A stretch of DNA of 64,000 bases, from NCBI RefSeq assembly GCF_008831285.2, contig NC_045138.2, positions 34,844,001 to 34,908,000 on the forward strand, read 5' to 3'. Shown one piece after another: positions 37,195 through 51,140 of the stretch. Under the pieces are notes generated by a model. It was not told the origin of the DNA, did not search any database, and saw only the letters and a program-made list of their open reading frames with translations. This DNA is from Nymphaea colorata. Taxonomy: Eukaryota. How positions within the stretch are numbered: the stretch's first letter is position 1; every line of letters begins with the position of its first letter. Both the position numbers and the translations under genes were made by a program.

Positions 37195-40100
37195 CACTGG
37201 GTTGCTGCCAGTTCCAACAGAGAGTTTTTCGTCTTCGGAAGGGAGGGGCAGATTATGAAATGAACACATTCCCATCAAGTACTGAAACCAACTATCATCT
37301 TCTTGTGCTCTACATGATCCCTAACTACAAAGCAGAAAAACTACAAGAAGTAAACAAAAAAGGACCACCGGAAGTGGATGGATGAAAAATTAACATGGAA
37401 AAACAAGATTATCTAAAATATCAGATAAACAGATAAAACATTTAAAATGATCATGAGCGAGAAGACAAAAACCTACACAGTAGAATTTGGATCTACCATT
37501 GCTCAATACTCTTACAAGCATATGGACTTTCACCAACTTCAAAAAGTTTAAGCCTTTTACTATTTCTGGACATGCCTGACAAATTTGGATGCTCAATACT
37601 ATAGGTTCAACAATTTCAAGGCTTTTGAAGTCATCCTTCTGGATGGCAACGGACCCAGTACGCGACACGCCCTTGTGATGATAATCAGGAGTCACATCCA
37701 AGCAGACAAAATCGAAGTTGGATGCATTCACAAAATTCTGGGTAACAGCAACTGACAAATATTGTTTCACCTGGAAGTTGTGTGCATTCCAAAGGCTTCT
37801 TCTGCTCTGTAAGAAGTGGATAAAATTCCAGCCTAGGAACACAAGTAGGAAAAGAAAAACAAAATTAGGTTAATGCTACATGCAATCTTCTACTCAGGTG
37901 GCCAATCTTTATAATGCAAAATCAAATGACAAAAGGACAGTAAAACTTAAAAAAAAATTAACAACACATTAAGACATCGCTGAATGATAAATCACAGCAA
38001 CGAGAAAAAATGATAAGTGATATCCAGTGAAACAGTACTGAGAAATACCTGCAATGATGTGGAGTTTCAGTGTTCACATCACCATCTTCTTCATTGGCAT
38101 GTACTATGACACCGGATGGAACCCTGACTAGGGAACCGAGCCCGGGAGTGGGTCGTGTCGTTACAATAAAGCCTAGCTGTTGAAAAACCAACAAAAGTGT
38201 TAGATTATTAGTGAAAAGGGGGAAAGAAAAGAAAGTCTCTGAGAGAGAGAGAGAGCGCTCCACGTTTTTTTTCATTTTAAAATGGATCTGTTAAGAAGAG
38301 GCCACCCAGCTTTCCCAATCTGCAAACTCATACTACTAGTTTAGAATACCGTTTGACAGAAGGTGGTGGATTATCAAATCATGGAATAAGTAAAATATTT
38401 ATCTGCTACAATCAATAGTGGTAGAAGGGCTCTGTTGCACACAATCAAACATACCTACAAATTTAGAACAAATACCCAACCAACTGAATACAAATAAACC
38501 ATACCTTTTGCGTCCACCTATAATTGTATTCCAGGCACTTGTAAGGGCAGGGTCTACATGCCATGAAGCACCTGATCTTTTAGGTCCTATCGCCAGCCAT
38601 CTGAATCAAGGACGCTTGTTTTTTTCTAGGATTTCAAAAAACTCTTCTTGGAATGGATGAGGCACGCTATAATCTCTCAACAAACTTGGTGCAACTTCTC
38701 TAAACTGCAATAGGCTAAACAATAAATGATGAGTATTATAAAAGGTTCAGGACAAGAGCATAACATTTAAATGCACCTGATTTGACAGAATCACCTTATC
38801 ATCAAACACGTAAAAGTGTACCCTCATCATGTTGAGCTTTCATGTAGGTAGCATAATCCTTTAATTTCTTTCTTGTTTTCTTTGCGCTCCCTTGAGAAAT
38901 TCTGAAAGAAGCATCGCCATAGTCCTCTCCCAGTTGCTCAACTGTCCATTTATTTATTGCAGCCAAACTTTGTGATAAACTAGTCAAGAGTACCTGAAGA
39001 GAATAACTGGTATTGAGAATGAGCAACTTACAGATTCAGAAGACTATGAAACTTCCCAGCAAAATTTCATTTCTCTTCTACTGCAGTAGCTAAGTTATTC
39101 AATAAGTACAATAGTGCTTCACTGAATGCAATATCATCAAAGAATTCTGTAGAATATTAAACAATGGATGAGTTGAAAAACGAAAGGAATTTCATACTCC
39201 AAACAGGTAGTGAAGGTCAACATCAGAGGCAGCTCATACAAAGTGGAACCAGTACACATCTATAGATGGTATACTGCCACAAAATGTTGGGACAAATATA
39301 GGCCATTAACAAAATTTGTCTGACAGGATGATGATGCAATTAAATTAAATGAACTAAAGGTCAAACAAACATGCTGGTAACTGACCAAACCTAGTTTAGA
39401 AGATAGTGTGCCTAAACCCAGTTGAACAAAAGGGAGAAAGCTTGGCCTCAATCCCATCAATGTCTTGCCTTTCATGGAGGTCGTCTTGATTTTTCATTAT
39501 CAGCTTTCCGAGGATGGCCTAAAATTCATATTGTTACATGAGAAGAGAGGTTCTGTATGTTATGCATGCTTGTTTGCCACATGAAAAGCATGTCGATGCT
39601 TAAGGAGGAAGTGAACTATCAAAGTAAGTTCAACAAGCACGAAGACCAGATAGTTCTAGAGGTCAATGTTCAGTTTCACGTGCTAAAGAATTATGAACAA
39701 TGAAATATATAGCTTATCTAAAGGGAATACTAGGCCGACATTGTGGTTAAAACCAAATGATCATGACTTGTCCTTACCAGTTTTTTTCCATCATATTCAA
39801 CCCAAAATACTTCCAAGGTGAGGTTTGTCTTCCTCTCCACCTTCCCTAAGTCGATGGAGAATCCATCTAATGCAGTGAAACACCTATACCATCTTTTGTA
39901 CAAAAACATGGAACTGAATCCTATAGAATCATCCAATAAAATATTTTAAGAAGTTACTGAAGGTAAGAAATAAGATATATAAGGGTGTTTAGGAACTGCA
40001 CCGAGATGATATACACATGAATTTGAGAGATTTAGAAATTCTGAATAAAATATCCGCTAGATTTACCATCAAAACACATTGGTAAAGGACCCATGCATCC

Positions 40101-40200
40101 ATGCAAGAAGCCATATAGTGAAACAGAAGAACGAACTTGCTCAACTTGATAGTTTAGCCAAGAAAGAGTGGATATAAAAGACTAATCAGATGCCGCACCC
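37195..40200 (-). pseudogene. JMJ21: F-box/JmjC protein (At1g78280/JMJ21-like) pseudogene with introns
   Basis: Exons encode FLYKRWYRCFTALDGFS, WTVEQLGEDYGDASFRISQ, DYSVPHPFQEE, GPKRSGASWHVDPALTSAWNT, NEEDGDVNTETP, PLECTQLPGETIF, VAVTQNFVN and FHNLPLPSEDEKLSVGTGSNP. There are frameshifts and deletions, and no C-terminal exons were seen. Confidence 0.85.
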
Positions 40201-40769
40201 ACAGCATGGATTATGATTTTAGCATCTTAACTGAAACAAAGTTTCCATAGTAACATTTCAGAACATATCAAACAAATCAAGTGCGAAGACCACTGCAAAA
40301 AGAGAGGTACCGCCGTAAATGAAGAAAACCGCAAATCCATTAGTAGGGAAGGGATATTACTGATTTAAAAAATGAAGGCGGCGTGTACGCCACCAGGCCT
40401 CTCCTTTCTCCGTTCTAACAAGATCGCGTCATCTCCCAACGATCAGAGGTCGCCTCTGTGCACGTTTAAATCCTATGCCACGCACGCATGTGATGCACGG
40501 GCCGAATGCCTATGGCCTGCTCACAAGAGGAGATAATTGAGTTGAACGTTGATTTTGGGGTGGGGGTCATGGTTGAGAAAACAAAAGTGAAAATTGATTT
40601 TCCACATGTGAAAATATCACCATCAAATACCTTTTTCAAGTGTAGAATGAAATATTAAATACATGGATTTAATTGTAACCATCCTCTACTAGTGAAATCA
40701 CCAGCACATGCTACTAAACCAGAAGCATGACTAGTTCCCTTACATCATACAACTTTTCTAACTAAAACC

Positions 40770-42999
40770 TACCAAAGCATCATGCTCATCCTCAACCTAC
40801 TGAAGATTGCAACCATTCTGTGCTTCTTCATGTTTTGTTTCAGTTTCAGTCAAAATATTCTTTTGCCTGAATTTCAAGACTATCCTTCAGTATAACTCAG
40901 GAAAGTCTTACAAAGCCTTAAGAACCCATAACTTGACCAAAGAACCAATATAACTAGGGAAGGAGGGACCTTTCCCTTCTCCAACTTGATGACTTCCCAT
41001 TTCAATAGCTCATATTTCATCCAAATGTCATTCCTTGGAAAACAGTAGCATGATCACCTTTCTTGCAAAGAAAAGTAGCTGCCATCATTTCGTTGTCTGG
41101 TGAAAGGTACCCTATCATTTCTTTGAGAAATCTCCTTTAAGTGCCTCATTGACTCTAAACTGTTTGGCTTCCAGCATCATCTCATACTGCTTTTTGGCTT
41201 CAGCAAGAGAGCACTCAACAGCACTAAGTGACGGCTGCACCTGCATGAAAAAGTGACACCATGTGTGGCAAGACCAACCATGTTGATAATCTTTTGAGCC
41301 AAAATAATATAGAATACCTGCACAATGTTCCCAACCAATTCCTTCTTCTTTTATTTAAGATTCAATTCAACCTTTTCCCTGTCATCCAGCTGAACTCGGA
41401 GCAGCCTGATTTGGATCACCAATGATTCCACTGGCTTGCAATTCTTATCAATATCTTCATGCAGAGCATCAATTTCATCTTTTTTTCCCTGCAACAGAGA
41501 CCTTGTTTTTCTTGAGTGTCTCAGTTGAGTGATTCCAAACTCAAGATTTGCATATTTAACTCTTGCTGAAATTCCCATCTCTCAGAGGTGGGCCACAATG
41601 CAGAACTTTTAACCAAGTAATATCCAGTCATACCTTTTGATCTTCAAATTTACTCATGGTTTTGGATGACTGTGATACTTTCTCTTCTAGCTCTGCAATT
41701 GTGGCCATCAATTCAGTCTTCTTTGGTCTGAAGCGCTCCAATTCAAGTTGAGATTTCTGAATTTTCTCCCTTGCAAATTCAAGTTCCTCCTTCATTTGCA
41801 AAGTTACAGCATCCAAGTCCCTGTGAAGCTCTATTACCTGATTTTTTAAAAATTAAAAAAGCAACTAACATTTTCAGAAAGTACGGTTGAGACTGCAGCC
41901 GGTTTTTTTTTTCTTTCGAAACGTACATTTGCACAGTGAGAGCACTATCTTACCATTCGCAATATTTCTTTCTGCACATTCTAGCTTAATGGTTAATGAA
42001 ATCAGCTTTATGTTTAAATCATCAAACGCTACTGAACTGGCAGCCAATTTATTCTTGAAGCGCTTCTTGTCTCTTTCAACTTCTCAAAACGAAAGAACAT
42101 TATATTTCTTTTGTTTCACGCCCTCTGATGGCTAAACCAGACAGCCAAACTCTTCAAGGAAATACTGGATTAAGTTCAGGTACAAATGCACTATACCAAG
42201 AAAATACAGCCTGCTACCTTCTTCCACCTGCTGATCAAGTGTCTGCAGAGCCTCTGTCAGTTGATCAAACAATGACTCGCCTAAACATCATTTTGAATCC
42301 AAAATGCTCCATAACTTTGAATCTTCACCCTGTTTTACTTTCAGCCCTGCATTTTCATTGTTTACGCTTTGTAACTTTGCCTCAAGGACATGAATTCGAT
42401 CTGTCAATTTCTTCAGTCTCAAACTCTGCAACGTGAATGGTGAAGTATGAATTCCCAAAGACATTCCTTTTAAAGTAAAAGTGACATATTTGCACTTTTA
42501 AATGGAACAGATTGATTTACACCAAAAATCATCCTGAAAGGACGAAGACAGCATAAACGTCGGGTTGGAAAAATAAAAATCGGACGTCAACCAAACATTT
42601 AATCATCCAAGCGGTATTCAACGATCAAAAACAATTGACCTAGGTAAAGATGAACTCGGAGGAAACGAAGAAAAGATATCGAATGATGGTCAAAAACATA
42701 GGCAACACATACAGCCATCTCGAGTTCCGATTTGGTAGAACCTTGATCCTTAACCATTTTCTCTAAAAATTAAGAATTAAAGAGAAATCGTCATCAACAT
42801 GTCTCAAATCTCATTTTTCCTGCTAGATGAAAACACAAGAAAGCAGGATTTCCAGAAACTACCGCCAGTAAATGACCAAACTTTTCCCCGATATGCCATC
42901 AAAAGACATCTGTAATGGAATCTTGAAGCTTCTTGAAGTTTCATTGAGTGATCTGAGTTGATCCAGTGGCTTCAGAGTTGAAGAACTTGTATTCTGCAT
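40770..42999 (-). pseudogene. ZYP1: Synaptonemal complex transverse-filament protein (ZYP1/ZEP1-like) pseudogene
   Basis: ATG at 42999: MQNTSSSTLKPLDQLRSL. Later exons encode EKMVKDQGSTKSELEMA, LEAKLQSVNNENAGLKVKQGEDSKLW, FDQLTEALQ and KKQYEMMLEAKQ...EISQRND. Premature TGA at 42290-42288, plus frameshifts and 3' truncation. Confidence 0.85.
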
Positions 43000-45502
43000 C
43001 TCTAGTGGATCAGGGAGGAGAATCGTTTGCGTTCTGAGAAATTGACCTTGAAGGGCGATCGAAAAAGAAGGCCGTCGAAGAACGACAATGAAGAAAAGGA
43101 CGTATAGAAAAATCTAGCGGGACGGACGAATGAGTAGAGGAAAGGAGAGGGACATGGAGAGGAAAAGGAGAAAAAAGCGAGGGAGAGAGTGACAACTGAA
43201 ACGAGGAAAGAAGTGGGAAATCTTGTTTTTATAGTGGAGCGCCGTTGGGTCACATGTAAGTCACGTGTCCTCGACAAAGTTAGTTCGGAAGGTGCAATTT
43301 AGTTGCTGCCAAGAAGTTTCTACATGTGTGGTAGATTATTAATGAAGTACTTAAGATCTGACAAACTTAATATTCCTATACGCAGTTTGCGTGTAAAATG
43401 GCAGACTGTGTAGGTTTTCTTTAATTTCGAACTTTATAAAAAAATAATAGATTTGGTTTTAAATTCTTAATTAATTAATTAATTGCATATGTTGAACACG
43501 CAGTCCATCAATTTATTAGTTATAAACTAACTAGAAAATACTGGCAACAATTTAGTTTGTGTTCTCAAAAGAAGAGAGAGAAGCCATTTGATAAGAAGTA
43601 GCCTGACTAATTCCCACTCTAAATAATTTGAGAAGCCATTAGTTTGTCGAGTTCAATCTATTCACTTCCCCACTTTCACTTCATATGTCCACTTCATGTG
43701 CTGCATGACAACCATAGGGAAATTCCTGCATGCACCTTTCACAAAGTTAGTGGATTCACTTCAGAATTGGCCGAGATTTTGAGAAAATTTCAGGATAATG
43801 AAGGATTGAGATAATTATCACTATAGTTTATAATTACAATAGCATATTTGCTCGTCATGATTACATTAAAGGAGCAATGGTATCAACTAAACTAACCAAT
43901 GTTGTTTCTGATCCACTAATGGTGCGGTTTCGGTAAGACCGGCCTGTTTAGTTAATCGATTAGATATAATGATCGGTAAATTAACAAGCATACATAATCC
44001 AAAGTCAGTGTGAACAAAGTACAAAAACACTATTAGATTAGTTAGCAAACTTTGTGAATCACAAGATCAATCTAGGACGTTCAAAGCATTTGGATCCCCG
44101 CTTATTAAAGTGCCCAATGAAGTTTGAAATGCGACCCATATGGAAATTAAGGTGAAATTAATATTGACCTGATAGATCTATTAATTGCGTGTTGATCCAG
44201 GAAGAAATTCATTAATAAGAGCCTCTGTTTCAAGAGTTTTTACCTTCTTTTCATTAATTCAATCGCCTCCCTTTTTTTGGCCACCCACCAAAATCGATCC
44301 GACTTCTTCCCAAAGGGTTCTCTCTCGTGTGGATGAGAAAATGAGTTGGATACGAATGGGCATTTATTTGGTATTGAATTCTCTCCTTGTTATACACAGC
44401 AGATTCAACGTTTCTTTCCTTTCTATCACACCTTCCTATTTTAAAACGAATGAACTAATTATGGGTAGCGATGTCAACAAAAATTGTTCCCCAACCTCAT
44501 TTACCGGATTCGGAATAATTTAAATTCAAAATAGACTCTAATTCAAATGCAAATGGAAAAAAAGGTTTTCATATGTATACGTTCATACCATATCTGAATT
44601 CGATTCATAATTTGAACCCTATTCTAAATCTCAATCCAAATCCAAACCACATTATGATATGTTAACAACAGAGACTTTCAATATGTGTGAACTTTGCTTA
44701 CTTTATTTATTTAAATATAAATCTGATTCAGATGGTAAGCATAAATTCGGTTGCAATGTAAAACCAATCTGATTTCCTTTTGTACCATGTTTGAACGGGA
44801 GGAAATTCCTTGCAGCAATGGGAATAAAATTTTTTCCTGCCCATCAAACATTAGATTAAAAAAAATATATCCGTTGGTTCCATTTCTGTAAACATATTTT
44901 AGGAAATAACAGGAGTGGGACAAAATAGAAAGCCCATTTGGGCTTGGATCTGCTAAATGCTTTGGCGGGAGGCTGAGGTCAAGCTGGCCCACCTTGAACT
45001 CGTTTCGTATTCAGACCTAATCATGGTGAGATGTAATCAAAATACTAGAGGCATGCTGTCGGGAAAACCTTCCTTTTATGCTGAAGTTGTTGCTCTATGG
45101 AGGCCATGTTCATGTCTTTGTGATGTTCATTGATTTTGTTGTGATAGTTCTTAAGACATTTCCTTTGAATATGTGCCCTTGGGTTTTCCTCACAATTTTG
45201 TATGGTTCTTTTTCAAATTTGAGCTATCAATTGTATTATTTTGGGAGGCAAGGCTTCACTGCCCTCACGCTTTGCATATATGTTTATTTGTTCCAACACT
45301 TGTGACAAATTTCTATATTCATGGAACCATACAAGAACTATCACAACATAAACCAACTATCATTCTCTTTCTATATTCTGGGTGTCCCATACCCTTGAAT
45401 GCTTCATTTGGCAATTTGGCAAGTGCTTTGTTTAACTAACCATAAACCAACTATCAACTATCATTCAGCTGAAATAATATTTGAAGCTACCTCTAAAGTT
45501 TT

Positions 45503-45711
45503 TGTCATCCAAACATAAATTGGGTTTTAAAAAGTGAAAACCTGATTTTCAAAACCCCATTAAATGTTGCCCTTGGATGACACCCAGAATGGGGGTTTCC
45601 TTTGAAACCTGGTTTTAGAAATGTTTGGATGACACCCTGGAACATGGGGTTTTTCTAAGGAAAAGGTTCATTTTCTCTTGGAAACCCTGTTTCAGAAATG
45701 TTTGGATGACA
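45503..45711. mobile_element. MITE-like foldback remnant
   Basis: 14-bp inverted repeat tgtcatccaaacat / atgtttggatgaca, with internal copies of ttggatgacacc. Confidence 0.5.
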
Positions 45712-47573
45712 TCATGCGGTTGAAATGCAAAAGCTGCCTCCTCCCAAGTTTTTCATTTAGTATGGGCAAGACAGCCTTTGGTGGAAGCGTGTAAGGTTGT
45801 AGAGAACGGTTTCATTTGCTATTGCCTTGTAGCAATCTGCATGGAGGGGCTTCATCTGCAGTATGGGTGGAAGGCATTCATCTTTCATATTGCAGTATAG
45901 CTGCATGGAACAACCTAGACGTTGGACCTTAATCAGTAATTTTATTCCACCATGATTTTTTCATTTTTGCTTCTTGTTAGATATTGTCATTTGGAGCTAC
46001 AAAAGACTTTTACATATCACTTGGGGATTGAAATCATCCATTGTTTGGCCTAGTGCTGCAAGCAGGTCGCCTAAATCATAAAAGCAGTTATTGCTTGTGG
46101 TACAAGTCCATACAAATCAAGTTACCACCATGCTTGCTTCCTCAATATTCCATTATGCTTCTCATGGGACAGGACATGGTGCTAAGCCACTCAAAATGCC
46201 TATTAAGACATGGTGCATTTGCACAAAAGATAGGATGACGATGCCTATGTCATACAACCTATTAGTTAGGTTGAGCCGGACAGTCGTGCTGTTCTCTGCT
46301 TGTACTGGTTGCCAAGGAGTCAAGCAACTTGGCGGGTTCAACCCCCTAATTTATGCGTATGCAGGGTGCAGGGAATTGGTTTGGGGGAGGTGGGCACTAG
46401 CACGGGCATGGCCCCACTTCACATTTTAGGAAAAAAAAAAACTTATAGGTATATTTTTTTAAAAAACTTAATTTGGCTTGTGTAAAAAAATAAATTTTTT
46501 AAAAGTTTCATGTACAAATTTTGAAAATGTTATTCAACCTTGGCCCCTAGTATGCAGGGACGGGTAGAGTTTTCATCTGCAATTTATAATGTACACTTTT
46601 CTGCCGGAAAATATATAGGCTGACCTTCGGGCATTATAAATAAACGGAAAAATCAAAGAGAATGCTTATAGAAAATTATATGTGCTTCTTTCTGTTGTGT
46701 TTCAAAACTTAAATGGCTTGTATTTATGTATTCACAAGCGGATGTAACATACAACAATGTTAAGGGAACATCAGCCACCTCTCTAACCTGTAAGATGCCC
46801 ATAATTTTGCTTTCGCGGAGCTCCATTACCATAATTTGAGGCGTCGAAGCTCTTTCACAAAATGCAACTTATTGGTGTCCGTCCATCGTGACCATGCTAA
46901 TGTGCTCAAATAGGTTCACCACGCACCGGACACTGACATTGAGTTCATGCCTAGAAGAAACTAAGGCAGGATGTGGTTCTCAGCCACTTTTTAATAGTGA
47001 ACAACAAATTAAAAACTATAGTGTAAATTTATCCAAGCATTTGTTGCTCCACCTATCCTTTTAGAAATAGGAGTTAAGACCGAACCTGTCCGCTTCATCT
47101 TCCGCAGGTGGACGGCAAGAAGCCAAGAACCTGTCCGCTACTTCTCTGGTTCTCTCCCTTCTTCCTTCGGGCTCCGACAGTACTCTGTAGCAGCGCCGCC
47201 CACCGTCGACCTTCCATTGCTGGTGAGGGGTGACTCCTCCACCCTTCCCCCGTCACGGCCAGGTATCTTTCTCTCCCTCTCTGTTGCATTCTTTCTGTCC
47301 GATCATTTTTTGGCATATTAGCAATCTGCCTGGGGATTCCGGCAACCCCCAAATGGTGAGGGGTCTTAGGTGAACCCCGGTCGCTGGATATTTTAGCACA
47401 GTTGTTGGTTGTTACAAAAACACCCATCCTTGTTTTTTGTAGAACAGAAGATTAGGATTTCGACGGTCGGTTTGTGTGTATGTGGAGAATGGGTACCGAC
47501 AGCACCACCGGCCATCCGTCGTCGATCTCTTGTTCGCCGGTGACTTACGGCCATTCCCCATCAGGTATTTCGA

Positions 47574-47576
47574 TCT

Positions 47577-47612
<36 letters not shown>
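47574..47612. repeat. Compound microsatellite (CT)n(CG)7
   Basis: Read directly from the sequence. Confidence 0.9.
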
Positions 47613-47613
<1 letters not shown>

Positions 47614-48220
47614 CCTCTTTGATCTCTTTCTGACTCTTTGTGGCATACGGATTCTTGCCACCCCCAAATGGCGAGGGGTCTCCGATGACCCCAATCGCTG
47701 GACTCTCTCTCTTTCATATTACCAACCGTTTGGGACTGGGCCTGTGGTCCGACGTCCCAAAATCGACCGTCGGGCATCAGGGAATAGGGTCTCCTGCCGG
47801 CGTCTCCCAATATCCCCTCGTGCATCAGGGACTGGTTTGTCTTGCCTAGCATCCCTAATCGTGCATCAGGAAGGCTGTCTCCGGCCTGGTTCCCCAAATC
47901 CTCCAACCGACTGGTAGAGAGTGGAGAGGCTCGGATGATTTTCACTCATCCTCTAGTTTCTTTGGCTGTTCATGAGATTTTATTCCTTTCTCATGCATGC
48001 AATGCAGGTTTCATGTGGTTTATTCGATGATTTTGAGAAGATTTGCAGAAGGAGATTAGCTGGTCATAATTAGTGCAGGAGGAAGAACCCTGCCGATTCT
48101 GCTACTAGGAATCATTCTCAAGGTATGGTCATTACTGAAGGACGATTGCGAGTATCTGTTATAAAATAAGAACACCATATTGTCCTGCAGTTCCTAAGGC
48201 TGAAAAAATTGCTTTGTGAA

Positions 48221-48258
<38 letters not shown>
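48221..48258. repeat. Compound microsatellite (TG)n(AG)n
   Basis: Read directly from the sequence. Confidence 0.9.
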
Positions 48259-48259
<1 letters not shown>

Positions 48260-50229
48260 AAGAGAGTATAATGTGTGTGTCCATGTGAACGTCCATGACT
48301 GCTTTTCCAAATGAAACTCACAACTGTCTGTCATTTGCAAAAATACTGAATTTTGAACCTTGTTCTCCATCTTGTTTGAAAAATCAAAAGCTAAAACGAG
48401 AAATCAGTCCCCATATTTCAGGCATGTATATGGTGCACATTTTTGCATGGCTATGAATCCATGTAATGCATTGGTAGAAGTAGAATGATGCTACTGATAT
48501 GAGTATTGCATAGTGATGATCACAACATTATTTTTGACATGACAGATATCATGAGTCAATGTAGATTAGTCTTCTTCAATATTAGTAACTGACATAACTA
48601 AAAAGTTATTTTTGTTTCTTCGTGGTCAGGAAAATTGGTAAATGCTGCTTGTCTAAATGTTTAGTTTGTTGGTCTGTGGTATAGCTTTGAGTAGTGTTCT
48701 CTTCTGCCCTTTTTTTTTGTTTTCCATGGCTAAATTGCTTTTCTATTGAGGATCAAAATTACAGCAATATTTAGCCATTTTAAGATACACAAGTGTTTTT
48801 CTAGCCCTTTAGAATGATATACTTGTAAAAATTACTGCAGTTAGGGGAGCTTGATAATTTTGGCTGTTTACTTAGTACAAGATCCGATTGTCCAACTAAA
48901 GTACACACCTAAGAAGCACACACAAACAAACATATAGATTTACTTGTTCAGTTCTTGAGAACCATGGAAAGGAGATTCAACGTACTGGGAGAAGCTTAGC
49001 TTATCTAGCAATCTCATGCAACTCTCTTTTTTCCATTGATTTCTTGTCTACATCTCTAGACAAAAGTTTTAACTTCGACTTAGTTTATGGTCTGGGGTGA
49101 TTTAGCTGAGAGTTATGATTTGTTCAATTTAGTGATGCCACTCAATACTGTGTTATGAATCATTTCAATATCAATGGCTGAGGGAATGTTATAAAAAATT
49201 GAGCTTTTTGTTCTTGTCTATGCATGGGTGTTATGAATCATTATTTTCTCAGTGGCTGACGGGCTGTTATAAAAAAATTGAGCTTTTTGTTGCTTGTCTG
49301 CGCATGGAAAATTTGAATAAATGATGTCCATGCTTCTTTCTACATGATTCTTATAACTTCTCCATAAAAGTCCTCATTTTGGTAGGGCCACTAAGCAAGA
49401 ACCTTTTGATTATTGTGTGTTTACTTTTCAATTTACGGGACCAGTTTTCTTGTTCTTCATTTAGATAAATTTCACATTTAACATACAATGTCTTATTGGA
49501 TTGCATTTGTTTGAATTGCTCAGGCTACAAGGAATCTTTTATGTTCAAGTGCCAACTAGTTCAATGTCACACAGTTTTGTGGACCCGGTCCTGATGACAA
49601 CGTGGAATCTTTTGGAGGCACTTCTAACTCCACAAATGTTTGTCCAGTCCAGGCATGTCCAACCCAAAATTTCTATGAATAAAGTTGGATATCGTTTAAA
49701 AAGCCCTAGCATCTCTATGTTTCTGCCATACGTTTCATGCTTTTATTTATCTTATGTCTGACCTTGATTTGGATCTTGATGTCATGCTGGCATCAATTGC
49801 TGCTCTAGTTGTAGTTTCTTCTCTCATTGAAGAGTGCATACTAAAGAGTACAATAAAATTAACTAAAAACATCTGTGTAAGTACCCTTGTTTTTGTTCAT
49901 GCATTGGCATGTGTAAATGGTTTTCTAGTGTTCAGGAATTTAAGCTGCACATAATTAGTTTGACTTGGAGATGTTTCCTTGATCCCTTTTTCAGTGCTAA
50001 AACTCCAGTTGATTGTAGAAACATTAGCTTTGGTTATTCACATGTAAGCCGATTAGTGGGTCAAGGTCTAATTTGATTTAAGTTCCATATGGAAATAATT
50101 GGTTATCAACAACAACATTGTGATGCTTGGGGTTATTTGGGGCATTGTATTTTGGTATCATAAAAATGAGACCTTAGCTTACGATGCTTCCTTTTTTACT
50201 GATGTTTTATCCTTCTTTTTGTGCTTTTA

Positions 50230-51140
50230 GTGATTTTTGATAGAAGAACTTAACTCAAACCATTTGTGAAACTTTCAATCAGTTGAATACCCAACTTTTC
50301 TGGAACCCGTCACCCTTAAACCAACCTTTTGTATAGAAGACCCTACTTTTATGGGAGATTTGGTGAAGTTCATTCCTTTAACCAGCCAAGTTTTACATTC
50401 AACCATCTCTTTAAAAGTATAGTTCCTTTCTCCTGGTGATATGCCATTTGATGTCAAGAACTTTTGTAAAAGAGAAACTTCTCAGTTTTGATAAAAACAT
50501 TTTGGAAGTGTTTTCTCACACAATGATGTGCCTTGATTTATTCTTAGTACCTTCCAAGTGAAAGGTAGAAATTTCAAGTTCTTGTTGTCCATCAACGGAA
50601 AAGGAAAATTGAAAAAAATCCTGAATTTGACCATTGAAGAAAAATCCTATGAAGTTGAGAAAGTCAAGACTAGGAAATGCTATTGACTCTGGCGATCAAG
50701 CGTCTGCAAGGATTTAGCAAGAAAATATCTTGACGGAGAAGCCAAAATGCTCTATAAGATCTTGGCAGGTAGCAAAATGAGAGTTGAGAGATGGGCTCGG
50801 GGCTTGTGTAGTTGTTCCTCTGAGTCAATAATCGAGAGTATCGGGTAGGCATAAAGGTGATTTATGTCTATTTCGCGAAGATAATGACTTACGAACTTTT
50901 GGCTCGTTGAAAACCTATAAGGTGAAGCGGGTTGGACATGTGACAAAGCTATACATAACCACCAAAGCGGTGGAGCTTCGTAGTAGCCTTTGGGGTGGTG
51001 AGGTATTCCCTCAAAGGTGAAGGTCGGCCCAAAAAAAAAAATCAAACACAAGAAAAAAAGATTGAAAAGCAAAAAGCCAAATGCAAAAGAAAAAAATGAA
51101 GAAAAAACAAGAAAAAAACAAAATGTGTCTGCCAAGAGAT
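50230..51140. mobile_element. Possible LTR-retrotransposon internal (non-pol) remnant
   Basis: Decayed ORF-like stretch, then gggttggacatgtg...cataacc...gcggtgg...cctttggggtggtg and A-rich tracts that resemble Ty3/gypsy internal regions. No diagnostic domain was seen. Confidence 0.3.
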
